NCBI GenBank assembly: GCA_900322215.1
Contig: ONYW01000005.1
Span: 1 to 63,222 of the forward strand
From: an uncultured Eubacteriales bacterium
Lineage (GTDB): Bacteria > Bacillota > Clostridia > Christensenellales > CAG-917
Length of the DNA stretch: 63,222 nt
Direction of reading: 5' to 3'
Shown here in pieces: positions 38,287 to 48,609 of this stretch. The first letter of the stretch is position 1. The number at the start of each line of letters is the position of its first letter. The notes beneath the pieces were generated by a model. The model saw only the letters and a list, made by a program, of their open reading frames with translations. It searched no databases and was not told the DNA's origin. Made by a program: the position numbers and the translations under genes.

Positions 38287-39781
38287 CGTTTTCAACAACT
38301 TATACAAACCGGACGTCCTAAGTTGCCTTGCGGACCTTTCAAACGACGAGGTCTTCACTCCTCCGAGCATAGCAAACGATATGCTCGATCTCCTACCGCA
38401 AGAGCTCTTTGAAGATCCAAACACAACCTTCCTCGACCCTTTCACAAAGTCGGGCGTGTTTCTCCGTGAAATCGCAAAGCGACTAATAATAGGCTTGGAA
38501 AGCAAAATCCCAAACCTCGAAGAGCGTATAGACCATATCTTCAAAAAGCAACTATACGGCATTGCAATCACCGAACTCACAAGCCTGCTCTCCCGCAGAA
38601 GCGTGTATTGTTCTAAATATCCAAACAGCAAATTCTCCGTTGCGCAATTTGAAAACGTACAAGGCAATATAAGATACAAAAACACACAGCACGAATGGGT
38701 GAAAGGCAAATGTTGTTTTTGCGGAGCAACCGAGAGCGAATACGGCGGCAAAAAGCGCGAAGGGCTTGAAACTCACGCTTATGAGTTCATCCACACCACA
38801 AAACCACAGGAGATTTTCAATATGAAATTTGACGTAATCATAGGCAACCCACCTTATCAAATGAGTGACGGGGCCGGCGGCAACGGAACAAGTGCCGTTC
38901 CTATTTATGATATGTTCGTCCAACAAGCAAAAAAACTCAAACCTAAATATCTTACGATGATAATTCCCGCTCGTTGGTTCTCTGGTGGACGAAATCTCGA
39001 TGAATTTAGAGAAGAAATGCTACAAGATAGTCACGTACGAGTTATTTGCGACTTTTTTAAGTCGGAAGATTGCTTCCCTGGCGTTGACCTATCGGGCGGC
39101 GTTTGTTATTTTTTATGGGATAGAGATAATGCAGGAGATTGTACAATTAAAAATATTAGTGGCAATGTTTCCAATGAAATGATTCGCCCGTTGTTGGAAC
39201 CTAATTCATCAACATTTATTAGATTTAACAAAGGCGTTAAAATATTGCGCAAAATTAGGGACAATCAGTTTAAAAGCTTTTCAGACATAGTTCAAACATA
39301 TATGCCTTTTGGAATACGTGCAAATATTAAGCCAGAACAGACAGGTGAATATGTGTTATATGCTTATCCAAATAAAGGATATTGCAATAAAAATTGGTCG
39401 CTATCGCATCGCGAGTGGATTGATAAATGGAAAATATTTATATCAAAAGCATATGGTGAGCGCGGTGAGTTTCCTTATTTAGTCATTGGTAAACCATTCA
39501 TTGGCGTCCCACAATCATTGTGTACAGAAACATATTTATTAATTGGACCTTTTGAAAACGAAACAATTACAAAAAATGTTGTTTCATACATGAAAACCAA
39601 GTTTTTCAGGTTCCTTGTGCTACTAAAGAAAAACACTCAAAATGCAGTAAGAGGTGTCTATGAATTTGTCCCTACGCAAGATTTTTCAAAACCGTGGACA
39701 GATGAAGAATTGTATGAAAAATACCATCTCACTCAAGAAGAAATCAACTTTATCGAGTCGATGATTCGTCCAATGGAGTGA
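38279..39781 (+). CDS. Eco57I-like N6-adenine DNA methyltransferase
   Basis: DEVFTP, FLDPFTKSGVFL, FDVIIGNPPY (motif IV), IIPARW; C-terminal TRD; overlaps the upstream ORF. Confidence 0.93.
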   Translation: MSDVFNNLYKPDVLSCLADLSNDEVFTPPSIANDMLDLLPQELFEDPNTTFLDPFTKSGVFLREIAKRLIIGLESKIPNLEERIDHIFKKQLYGIAITELTSLLSRRSVYCSKYPNSKFSVAQFENVQGNIRYKNTQHEWVKGKCCFCGATESEYGGKKREGLETHAYEFIHTTKPQEIFNMKFDVIIGNPPYQMSDGAGGNGTSAVPIYDMFVQQAKKLKPKYLTMIIPARWFSGGRNLDEFREEMLQDSHVRVICDFFKSEDCFPGVDLSGGVCYFLWDRDNAGDCTIKNISGNVSNEMIRPLLEPNSSTFIRFNKGVKILRKIRDNQFKSFSDIVQTYMPFGIRANIKPEQTGEYVLYAYPNKGYCNKNWSLSHREWIDKWKIFISKAYGERGEFPYLVIGKPFIGVPQSLCTETYLLIGPFENETITKNVVSYMKTKFFRFLVLLKKNTQNAVRGVYEFVPTQDFSKPWTDEELYEKYHLTQEEINFIESMIRPME

Positions 39782-39925
39782 TTTTAAATAGCAAAACTGA
39801 AAATGCTCACAAAATGCTACCCCAAAAGTTAAATTGCCCACATTTTGTCACCTTGTTTTCTAAAAATTATATGTTAAAATAGCATTATCCTGATAGGAAA
39901 TACAAATGACAAAGGAGAAAACTAT

Positions 39926-40165
39926 ATGACACATGAAGAAAAGAAAAAACAAGCAAAGGAAGCGCTGTCTTATTTTGCAGATATAGTTGGAGAGTTCACC
40001 CCCGAAGAGCGTGGCGAGTTTTTGCGTGAATGCGCCTATGATTTAGTTCAAAAGATTTTTTTGAAAAACTACATGGGGGACAAAGCAGTGCTTGCAAAAG
40101 AGATCTGCGACAATATGGCAGATTTTATAAGACATAGTATATATGGATGTCCAAAGGAGCAATAA
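39926..40165 (+). CDS. Small hypothetical protein
   Basis: AAAGGAG RBS; helical-looking sequence. Confidence 0.6.
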   Translation: MTHEEKKKQAKEALSYFADIVGEFTPEERGEFLRECAYDLVQKIFLKNYMGDKAVLAKEICDNMADFIRHSIYGCPKEQ

Positions 40166-40167
40166 AG

Positions 40168-40998
40168 ATGATTCCAAATATTATAATGCCGTTGGGCGAC
40201 CCTGATAAAATCACTGAAACCAATCCTTATCTTTATCATTATACAACAATTCCAGCATTGCATAATATGTTTCAAACCAATCAAATTTGGTTTGGCAATA
40301 CAAAAAATATGAATGATAAAGCGGAGGTTATAGGCTTTTTTAGAACTCTTTCAAAACTAATAAATGATTCATTCCCTGATGATACTCCACAAAAACAAAG
40401 AGTATTAGATTTAATAAACCATAAAAAAGAACTAGCGCATTCCTTTGTTATGTGTTTTTCCATATTAGAAGATGATGCCGCGCAATGGGAAAGGTATAGC
40501 GATAATGCATATGGCGTGTGTCTAAAATTTAACACAAAAACGCTTGTAAAAATATGTGATTCAAATAAATATTGGATGAAAAAAGTCGTATATTCACTTA
40601 AAGAAAAGAATAATCATAATTATAATAGATTATCTTGCTATATCAATACTGGACTGTTGTTAGACTCATCATCAATAAAAGAATTGATTATGGAATTAAG
40701 TTTAATAAGTTTATATCACAAACACCCCTCTTTTCAATCAGAACAAGAAGTTAGAATTATACAATTAGCTGAAGCAGAAAGGGACTCTTATCAATACAAA
40801 GAAATAAACAACACAATAAAAAGGATGTTCGTTTTTGATTTAAAACAACATGGTGTCACTTTTGAGGACTTGATTGACGGAATAATTATTGCTCCGCGTT
40901 CTCAACAATCTGTTGAAGAACTCAAAACGTATATTGATTCTTTGGGATTTCATAAATTAAGCAAAAAAATAAGAAAATCCGATTGCCCACTAAGGTAA
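40168..40998 (+). CDS. DUF2971-like protein
   Basis: LYHYTT, MND..E, CFS...DD..QWERYS...GVCL.F and KHPSFQSEQEVR motifs. Confidence 0.8.
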   Translation: MIPNIIMPLGDPDKITETNPYLYHYTTIPALHNMFQTNQIWFGNTKNMNDKAEVIGFFRTLSKLINDSFPDDTPQKQRVLDLINHKKELAHSFVMCFSILEDDAAQWERYSDNAYGVCLKFNTKTLVKICDSNKYWMKKVVYSLKEKNNHNYNRLSCYINTGLLLDSSSIKELIMELSLISLYHKHPSFQSEQEVRIIQLAEAERDSYQYKEINNTIKRMFVFDLKQHGVTFEDLIDGIIIAPRSQQSVEELKTYIDSLGFHKLSKKIRKSDCPLR

Positions 40999-41002
40999 AG
41001 TT

Positions 41003-43897
41003 ATGAACTTCTTCCCTAAAAGACCAAACTCCAATCCAACGATATATGCGTATCAAGACACCAATCCGCAATATGACGGACTGCTTAAAGTCGGGTACAC
41101 GGAGAAAGACGCGGCAAAGCGCGTGGCTCAACAATACCCTACAAAACGCCCGGACGGAAGTGTGCCATACCGCATAGTGTTCACCGAATCCGCTATGTTT
41201 GAAGACGGTACGTCTTTCACAGACCACGAAGTGCATCGTGTACTCAAAAAGAAAGGATTTGAAGCCGTTGGCGGAGAGTGGTTCAAATGCACAGTAGACG
41301 ACGTGAGAGCGGCGGTGCTTGCAATCAAGACGCACACGAGCAACGTGGAAAACCGCACGCGCAGTTTTGGTATGCGCCCGGAACAGATTGAAGCGGTTGA
41401 AAAGACTATGGCGTATTTCAAGTCTTTGAAGACAGGCGAGTTTCCGCGCTTCCTTTGGAATGCAAAAATGCGCTTTGGCAAGACATTTGCCACATACGAG
41501 CTTGCAAAGAAGATGGGGTTCAAGCGTATTCTCATTCTCACCTTCAAACCTGCTGTGCAAAGTGCCTGGCAAGAAGACCTGCTCACACACATTGATTTTG
41601 AGGGGTGGCAATTCGTTTGTCGTCCGAAGACTTCAAGCGAGCCGAACATTGCAGAGCAATATGAGGCGGCGGACAAGACAAAGCCTATCGTGTGCTTTGG
41701 CTCCTTCCAAGATTTTCTCGGCGTAGACAAATCTACGGGGACAATAAAAGAACAGCACAAGTGGGTGCGAGAGCTCAACTGGGACTTGGTCGTCTTTGAC
41801 GAATATCACTTTGGCGCATGGCGCGACAATGCCAAAAAGTTGTTCGACACAAAAGATGACGACGACTCCTACGACACATTTGACGCGGAAGAATATGCAA
41901 AGAGCGAGATGAACAACGCTCTTGATGAGACGTGGCTCCCTATCACGGCAAGATATTATCTCTACCTTTCCGGCACACCGTTTAGGGCTCTCAACAACGG
42001 CGAGTTTGTCGAAGACCAAATCTACAGTTGGACGTATAGCGACGAACAGCGCGCAAAAGAAGCATGGGACGGCGACGACAATCCCTACTCCGCTCTTCCG
42101 CGCATGGTTATGATGACGTACAAAATCCCGGACAGCATAACCGAGATTGCAAAACAGGGAGAATTTGACGAGTTTGACCTAAACGTCTTCTTCTCCGCAG
42201 AAGGTAGTGGCAAGAACGCACAATTCAAATATAAGGACTACGTACAAAAGTGGCTTGACCTCATCCGCGGTTCATATCTTGGCACGACGACGGACGAACT
42301 TAAACTCGGCGCAAAGAAACCCGATATGCCTTATGGCAATACGGTGTTGCTCTCCATTCTCACGCACACGCTTTGGCTGTTGCCAAACGTCGCGAGTTGC
42401 TATGCCATGTCAAACTTGCTATCCGAAAAACAAAACGCATTTTATCATGACTACAACATAGTCGTTTGCGCAGGCGCACAGGCAGGTATCGGCGTTGAAG
42501 CATTGCCGCCCGTCTACAAAGCAATGGGCGATCCTTTGAAAACAAAGACTATAACTCTCTCTTGCGGCAAACTCACGACAGGCGTCACGATACGCCCTTG
42601 GACGGGCATCTTTATGCTCCGCAATCTCAAGAGCCCGGAGACATATTTTCAAGCGGCATTCCGCGTCCAATCTCCTTGGGAAGTTGACGCCGACGGTGGC
42701 AAAAAAGAGATACTCAAACAGGAATGCTACATATTCGACTTTGCGCTGAATCGGGCTTTAATGCAGATAAAAGAGTATGCTAAAGGTCTGAATGTGAACG
42801 GAGAGAGTCTTGAAACAAACGTCGCAGAGTTCACAAGTTTCTTGCCCGTTCTCGCCTATGACGGCAGCGCAATGAAACAAATAAGCGCCGCAGAAATCCT
42901 TGATATCACAATGTCCGGCACTTCCGCAACCCTGCTTGCTCGTAGGTGGCAAAGCGCTCTCCTTGTCAACGTCACAAACGACGTTCTCAACAAACTCTTG
43001 AACAACAAAGAGGCATTAGACGCCTTGATGAAAATTGAAGGTTTTAGAAATCTCAACAAAGATATCGAGACAATAATTATCAAGTCCGAACACGTCAAGG
43101 ACGCAAAGAAAGATCCGTCTCCAAAATCCGAGCACGAGAAAAAGGCTATTTCAGAAGAAGAAAAGGAATACAAATCAAAACGCAAAGAGATTCAAGAAAA
43201 ACTCATCAAGTTTGCAACTCGTGTGCCTATATTTATGTATCTTACGGACTACCGCGAGCAATGTCTCAAAGACGTCATCACTCAACTCGAACCGAGTCTT
43301 TTCAAAAAAGTCACAGGCCTTGAAGTCAAGGATTTCAATTTGCTCGTTTCGCTTGGTGTATTCAATGGGGCGGTTATGAACGACGCTGTTTGGAATTTCC
43401 GCCGCTATGAAGATTCAAGTTTGACCTATACGGGTATTGACCGTCATCAAAGCGAGAACATCGGTTTGTGGGACACATCTCTCAGTTATTATGAAGCAAT
43501 GGCAAAACTCCTTGGAGAGTCCGAAATCGCGCCAAAACGCTCAAAAACCGACCGTCCGACAATTCTCTACAAAGAATATGCAAAAGAAGATGACGCCGAA
43601 CCTGTGCTTATTGTAAAGCGTGAAGCCGAGGAAGAACACAAAGTCCCGACAGCCAAAACAACAACCGTGGCTCCAATCAAACCCGTTCCCAAGCCGATTC
43701 CTTCCCCACAAGAAAAGCCGAAGACCAAAGTCCTCGACTTGTCAGGGGTTAAAGTGGGCGCGATTGTCACACACAAAGCATTTGGCAAAGGCACAATCAT
43801 CTCACTTTCCGGCGAATATGTGACAGTTGATTTTGAAAACGTTCAAAAATCGTTCCAGTTTCCGAACGCATTTATTCAAGGATTCCTGTCAATCTAA
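41003..43897 (+). CDS. Restriction endonuclease: T5orf172/GIY-YIG-like nuclease fused to SF2 (ResIII-like) helicase
   Basis: IYAY...LLKVGYT...RV.QQ and GEWF; NAKMRFGKT (Walker A), VVFDEYH (Walker B), LSGTP, YFQAAFRVQ. Confidence 0.9.
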   Translation: MNFFPKRPNSNPTIYAYQDTNPQYDGLLKVGYTEKDAAKRVAQQYPTKRPDGSVPYRIVFTESAMFEDGTSFTDHEVHRVLKKKGFEAVGGEWFKCTVDDVRAAVLAIKTHTSNVENRTRSFGMRPEQIEAVEKTMAYFKSLKTGEFPRFLWNAKMRFGKTFATYELAKKMGFKRILILTFKPAVQSAWQEDLLTHIDFEGWQFVCRPKTSSEPNIAEQYEAADKTKPIVCFGSFQDFLGVDKSTGTIKEQHKWVRELNWDLVVFDEYHFGAWRDNAKKLFDTKDDDDSYDTFDAEEYAKSEMNNALDETWLPITARYYLYLSGTPFRALNNGEFVEDQIYSWTYSDEQRAKEAWDGDDNPYSALPRMVMMTYKIPDSITEIAKQGEFDEFDLNVFFSAEGSGKNAQFKYKDYVQKWLDLIRGSYLGTTTDELKLGAKKPDMPYGNTVLLSILTHTLWLLPNVASCYAMSNLLSEKQNAFYHDYNIVVCAGAQAGIGVEALPPVYKAMGDPLKTKTITLSCGKLTTGVTIRPWTGIFMLRNLKSPETYFQAAFRVQSPWEVDADGGKKEILKQECYIFDFALNRALMQIKEYAKGLNVNGESLETNVAEFTSFLPVLAYDGSAMKQISAAEILDITMSGTSATLLARRWQSALLVNVTNDVLNKLLNNKEALDALMKIEGFRNLNKDIETIIIKSEHVKDAKKDPSPKSEHEKKAISEEEKEYKSKRKEIQEKLIKFATRVPIFMYLTDYREQCLKDVITQLEPSLFKKVTGLEVKDFNLLVSLGVFNGAVMNDAVWNFRRYEDSSLTYTGIDRHQSENIGLWDTSLSYYEAMAKLLGESEIAPKRSKTDRPTILYKEYAKEDDAEPVLIVKREAEEEHKVPTAKTTTVAPIKPVPKPIPSPQEKPKTKVLDLSGVKVGAIVTHKAFGKGTIISLSGEYVTVDFENVQKSFQFPNAFIQGFLSI

Positions 43898-44008
43898 AAT
43901 ATGATAGAATGGCGGGGTGTGCCCAAACGCAATCCCAAAATAGTTTCGAGTAAAGAAAAAACGAACACCGTTTGCATAATTGCATAAAGTGTTCGTTTTA
44001 TTCTCTAA

Positions 44009-44084
44009 TGGCGCCTGTTGAGGGACTCGGACCCCCGACACTTCGGTTAACAGCCGAATGCTCTACCGACTGAGCTAAACAGGC
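44009..44084 (-). tRNA. tRNA-Asn (GTT)
   Basis: Cloverleaf GCCTGTT/AACAGGC acceptor, D-arm GCTC/GAGC, anticodon arm TTCGG-CTGTTAA-CCGAA, T-loop TCCGAGT, encoded CCA. Confidence 0.95.
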
Positions 44085-44159
44085 AGGTCATTGCGCCAGC
44101 AATGTCTGAGTGGATTACAGGCAGGTCATTGCGCCAGCAATGTCTGAATGATTCAGGCA
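44079..44159. repeat. 38-bp tandem duplication in the tRNA leader
   Basis: acaggcaggtcattgcgccagcaatgtctga at 44079 and 44117. Confidence 0.9.
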
Positions 44160-44436
44160 TATTGGAATATTGTTGCGTCGCGACGTATAAAATTGCTGTT
44201 CCGTGCAAACTTTGTCGCTGAATGCTTGTTTATAATAATATTATTGACGGCGTTTGTCAACTCTATTTGAAAAAATTTCTTCTTATTTGTTTTCTTTTCG
44301 CTTTTTGGTATAGTTTGACGGCGGCGTTTGAACGGTATTTGGCAAAAAATTGAGAAAAACACATAGTGTTTATTTGACAATTCGGGGTTTTGGGGTTAAT
44401 CTATTATCATTAAACACTTTAATGGAGTAAAGAGAC

Positions 44437-46977
44437 ATGAAAACAAAAAAATTTATAGTTGTAATGATGGCGATTTTGTTGATCGTTACCGTTGCTCTAA
44501 CGTCTGTGGCTTGCAATAAAAAAGATAGCCCGTCGTCGGAGCCTTCGGCGGACACGGCGACAAAATACACCGTCACATTCGATCCGAGAAACGGTTCTAC
44601 CCCGACGACCGTATCGGTCAACGAAGGCGGAACGGTTGCGCTTCCTGAGTCTCCGACTCTAAACGGCGCGGACTTTTTGGGCTGGTACACGGCAAAGACT
44701 GTCAAGGGCACAAAGTGGACGCCTGAAACCGCTGTCACTGAGAACACATATCTTTATGGCGTATGGAAAGCAAAAGACGGAACGGAGACGATAGATCTTG
44801 AGTTGTCTTATATTGCGGGCGCTTCAAACGACAAGTTGTTCTCATATTCATTGGCGGTTGTTCCAGGAACGATGGCAGCGTTTCCGACGATTGAAAGAAA
44901 GTGCTTTGATTTTGCAGGCTGGTATAAAGACGCAGACGGACAAAATCAGTTTGACGAATCCACTATCATTTCGGAACCTCTCTCTTTGTACGGATTGTGG
45001 TCTCTTAAATCCGGACACGAACTCACGCAATCGTCGGTACTGAACGCAACTTGCACGGAATACGGTTATACCAATTATACGTGTTCATGCGGTGCAAAGC
45101 ACAAAGACAACTTTACTCTTCCGCTCGGTCATGAATTTGATTTTTCAAATGCGACGTACAACGGCGAAGACGACTATTTTGTGATGGTCGGCTGTATCCA
45201 TGACGGCTGCGACGTCGGTTTGAGAAGAGAAAGCGAAAGAGAATTTGACGAAGCTTTCAAATATACGTATTCCGAAGAGATTAAGGCTTCTATCGAACAA
45301 CATATAGCGGATCTTTCAGAACAAATCGACGCGGCTCCGAGATATGACGAGACAAATCCGGAGCATAAAAACACGGATACGTACGATGAAGCAACTCAAA
45401 CTTGGACGCATAATAATCTTGCTCTTTACAATGCAAACAAGCAATTTGAAGAGACATATTATGACAAGTTTATCGAAGATTTAAACTATGTTGTCGAACA
45501 ATATCAAATCGGCTACGTTTATTATTGCGTTTACGATCCGGACGCAGAGTGGGAAGCAAAGTATAACAACGTTCAAAAAGCATACAACGATATGATTTCT
45601 ACGTATTATTCTTTGTTCGGCGAAGTTTACGACACATATTACCGCGAATATTTCTTCTCGGAAGAAGACGGCTGGACAGAGGAAGAAATCGAGAAGGTAT
45701 TGATTCTTTCAGCGGCGTATGGCGGAGAAGAATATAAATCAATAAACGACAGTATTGACGAAATAGAAGTTAATTTCCGTTCTCTTTCGGATCAAATCGT
45801 TTCCGATTCATCGGGTACAAACGGTAGTATTGTTCCTAATATGTATGGCGAATACGTAAATTATAAAAATCAACTCGCTCAACTTTCGGGCTATGAAAAC
45901 TACGTCGAGTATGCCTACGTAAACGAATACGACAGAGACTACTCCCCTGCGGACGTCGCTCAGCTTCGCGCGTACGCAAAAGAATATATAGTTCCTATAT
46001 TCCACAAAATAAACAATTCTTATCAACAGTCGTCTGCATACAAGTTCAACGAAAAACAAAAAAAATATGTTGACGCACTTTTGAACGATTCTATCTTTAA
46101 ATCAAAGCTTACGTCCGATCTCGTCGGCTCATACCTTAAAGAGATGAAAATCGAAGATTGCGATCGTCCGATGGACTATTATAGCAATTTGAATGAATTG
46201 TTCACCGTAAGAAATTATTTTACAGGAAATTATAGCGGCGCATTCAATTATTGGATAGAAGCACAACAAAAATCCGCACTCTATTTCGGACCGGGCTCAT
46301 ACAGCGGCGCATTCACATTTATTCACGAATTCGGCCACTACAACAACTCATATTACAACCACGGTACAAGCATGTCGTACGACCTCGACGAAACACACTC
46401 TCAAGGCAACGAAATGATGTTCCTCGCATATCTCAAAAACGTTATACCTGAAGACTGCAATAAGGTTTATACAACTGTAAAAGACGATCAATTGTACAAT
46501 ATGCTTGCAATCTCTTTGCTTGCTATGTGCGTTGATGAGTTTGAACAAGCGGTATATACAAACACTTATACGGGAGCCTTGTATGAAGACGGTATTTCAC
46601 CATCCGAATATGACAGTTTATTTGCTACTATTATGAATGAATACGGACTCACCGGTTCTCTCAATCCTGCTTATTGGAGATACGTAGTTATCGAGTCGGC
46701 GTGCTATTATATCTCATACTCCACGTCGGCAATGGCAAGTATTCAACTTTATGCAATGGCGATGCAAGATCTCGAAGAAAACGGAAATCTTGACGCTACG
46801 AGAGAAAAGTATTACAAACTCATCACTTTCACGGATGATGAAAACAATGCTCATACGGATTTCGTCGGAGACAGAGTCGTTGATATCGGCTTTGCGGACA
46901 CTCTGAAATTCGCAGGACTTTACAGCCCGTTTGAAGAGAACTTCTACGAATATCTGTACAATTATTTTATGAATTAA
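44437..46977 (+). CDS. Lipoprotein with InlB B-type (Listeria-Bacteroides) repeats and an M3-like zinc peptidase domain
   Basis: SVA-C lipobox; YTVTFD..NG...P.P...G..F.GWY repeats; HEFGH and downstream ETHSQGNE. Confidence 0.8.
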   Translation: MKTKKFIVVMMAILLIVTVALTSVACNKKDSPSSEPSADTATKYTVTFDPRNGSTPTTVSVNEGGTVALPESPTLNGADFLGWYTAKTVKGTKWTPETAVTENTYLYGVWKAKDGTETIDLELSYIAGASNDKLFSYSLAVVPGTMAAFPTIERKCFDFAGWYKDADGQNQFDESTIISEPLSLYGLWSLKSGHELTQSSVLNATCTEYGYTNYTCSCGAKHKDNFTLPLGHEFDFSNATYNGEDDYFVMVGCIHDGCDVGLRRESEREFDEAFKYTYSEEIKASIEQHIADLSEQIDAAPRYDETNPEHKNTDTYDEATQTWTHNNLALYNANKQFEETYYDKFIEDLNYVVEQYQIGYVYYCVYDPDAEWEAKYNNVQKAYNDMISTYYSLFGEVYDTYYREYFFSEEDGWTEEEIEKVLILSAAYGGEEYKSINDSIDEIEVNFRSLSDQIVSDSSGTNGSIVPNMYGEYVNYKNQLAQLSGYENYVEYAYVNEYDRDYSPADVAQLRAYAKEYIVPIFHKINNSYQQSSAYKFNEKQKKYVDALLNDSIFKSKLTSDLVGSYLKEMKIEDCDRPMDYYSNLNELFTVRNYFTGNYSGAFNYWIEAQQKSALYFGPGSYSGAFTFIHEFGHYNNSYYNHGTSMSYDLDETHSQGNEMMFLAYLKNVIPEDCNKVYTTVKDDQLYNMLAISLLAMCVDEFEQAVYTNTYTGALYEDGISPSEYDSLFATIMNEYGLTGSLNPAYWRYVVIESACYYISYSTSAMASIQLYAMAMQDLEENGNLDATREKYYKLITFTDDENNAHTDFVGDRVVDIGFADTLKFAGLYSPFEENFYEYLYNYFMN

Positions 46978-46985
46978 TTAAAGTC

Positions 46986-47019
46986 AAAAACACCCTGCTT
47001 CGTGCAGGGTGTTTTTTTT
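46986..47019. terminator. Intrinsic terminator
   Basis: aaaaacaccctgc-ttcgt-gcagggtgttttttt. Confidence 0.9.
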
Positions 47020-47053
47020 GTGCTAAATTTTAATTTTTAACACAAAACACACT

Positions 47054-47317
47054 TTATTTTTTCGTTTTGAACGCAAAAACTATCGTTTCTTTCGCTTTGT
47101 GTGATAGTTTTTTCAGTTCATACTCTCTTTTGAGAGCCTCGCTTTTTGATGAAAATTCTTCAAAATAGACGACCTTTACAGGCAGGCGGGAGCGGGTATA
47201 CTTTGCGCCTTTTCCTGAATTGTGAGTCTTCTCTCTTCTCATTAAATCCGTCGTGTAGCCCGAATAATATGTGCCGTCAGCGCAGGACAATATGTAGGCA
47301 TAATATTTCTTTTCCAT
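47054..47317 (-). CDS. GIY-YIG nuclease family protein (YhbQ/YazA-like)
   Basis: [39 protein letters not shown]...ALKRE..LKKL. Confidence 0.93.
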   Translation of the reverse strand: MEKKYYAYILSCADGTYYSGYTTDLMRREKTHNSGKGAKYTRSRLPVKVVYFEEFSSKSEALKREYELKKLSHKAKETIVFAFKTKK

Positions 47318-47485
47318 ACATCTATTATACAATAAATATCAATTTTAATATAGAAATATTGAAAATTTTTCTTGCCAAACAAAAAAAGTATGTTAATATG
47401 TTTATACTTATCTAAGTATTTTTGAGTTTGATAAAAATCGCTTATTCAAAAATATTTTATTAGAAAAAAACAAAAAGGACGCGAA

Positions 47486-48607
47486 GTGTCTATGTGGGAA
47501 GCAATTCTTGACGCGCTGATTGACAGTTTGAAGATTTTGGGAGTTCTCGTCGTCTTCAACATAATCATCGCGCTCATAGAACCGAAAGTTTCAAAGAGCG
47601 TAAAAATGAGAGGAGCACTTGCCCCTCTTATCGGCGTTAGTTTGTCTCTTATCCCTCAATGCGGACTCTCCGTCGTTGCGACGGACCTCTATAAAAAACG
47701 TCATATAACTGTTGGCACACTCATAGGCGTATACCTTGCATGCAGCGACGAGGCACTTCCAATCTTTCTCGGATATCCGGATAGAGCGCTTGACGTACTC
47801 CCTCTCATCGCCCTTAAATTCGCGCTTGGTTTGATCTTCGGATACTCGATAGATCTTATTTACACAAAGAGCAAAAAGACAGTCTCACACCACTTATCTC
47901 ACTGTGACGACAGGTATCAAATTCTTCTCACTCACTGCGAAGGAGCCGAACTCGTAAAAAACGAGCAAACGGTTGAACAAGTCGAAGACGTAAAAATCAT
48001 TACGGAAACTCCAGTCATTCACGAGCATGAACACTTCGATCCCGCTCACCCTTATTGCATACACGAATCTCACGAAGTATGTCACTGTGAAGAATGCGAA
48101 AATAGTTCTTGCCCGCACGTTCACAAAGACGAACAGTACTCTATAAAGGCGGAAGAAAAGCAAGCCCCTACCACCCTTCAAAAGTGGCAAAAATACTGCT
48201 TTAAGCCAGTGCTTCATTCGCTTGAAATCTTTGCTTACGTGCTTGTAGTAAACATTATTTTCGGAATTATAGTATACTATGTCGGCGAAGACAAATTTGT
48301 AGATTTCCTTTTGACGAACAAATATATTGCTCCTCTCTTTTCCGTACTTGTAGGAGCGATTCCAAACTGCGTCTCCTCAGTCGTTATAAGTGAACTATAC
48401 ATTATGGGCGGTCTCGGATTCGGTGCAACTCTCGGCGGACTTTGCATGAACGCAGGACTCGGATTTCTCTTTCTTTTCAAAGACAGGGATAAAAAGCATA
48501 TAAAGGGCAATTTGCTTATTCTTCTCACGATGTTTTTAATAAGCGTCGCGGTATCTTATATCTTCTCCCTTGCTTTCAATTGGGGAACTTTAAACTTAGT
48601 AAAATAA
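47486..48607 (+). CDS. Putative metal (manganese) transporter with His/Cys-rich loop
   Basis: Two IPQCG / IPNC TM repeats, GTLIGVYLACSDEALP; central HEHEH..CHCEEC loop. Confidence 0.75.
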   Translation: MSMWEAILDALIDSLKILGVLVVFNIIIALIEPKVSKSVKMRGALAPLIGVSLSLIPQCGLSVVATDLYKKRHITVGTLIGVYLACSDEALPIFLGYPDRALDVLPLIALKFALGLIFGYSIDLIYTKSKKTVSHHLSHCDDRYQILLTHCEGAELVKNEQTVEQVEDVKIITETPVIHEHEHFDPAHPYCIHESHEVCHCEECENSSCPHVHKDEQYSIKAEEKQAPTTLQKWQKYCFKPVLHSLEIFAYVLVVNIIFGIIVYYVGEDKFVDFLLTNKYIAPLFSVLVGAIPNCVSSVVISELYIMGGLGFGATLGGLCMNAGLGFLFLFKDRDKKHIKGNLLILLTMFLISVAVSYIFSLAFNWGTLNLVK

Positions 48608-48609
48608 AA

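Larger units (their letters stand above)
29939..44015. mobile_element. ~14-kb integrative element at the 3' end of tRNA-Asn (serine recombinase, RCR Rep, defence cargo)
   Basis: ATGGCGCC direct repeats at 29939-29946 (last codons of the recombinase) and 44008-44015 (tRNA CCA end); AT-richer cargo. Confidence 0.8.

Noticed and set aside
29939-44015. Prophage or conjugative element
   Set aside because: No structural, lysis, terminase, T4SS or coupling-protein genes are recognisable
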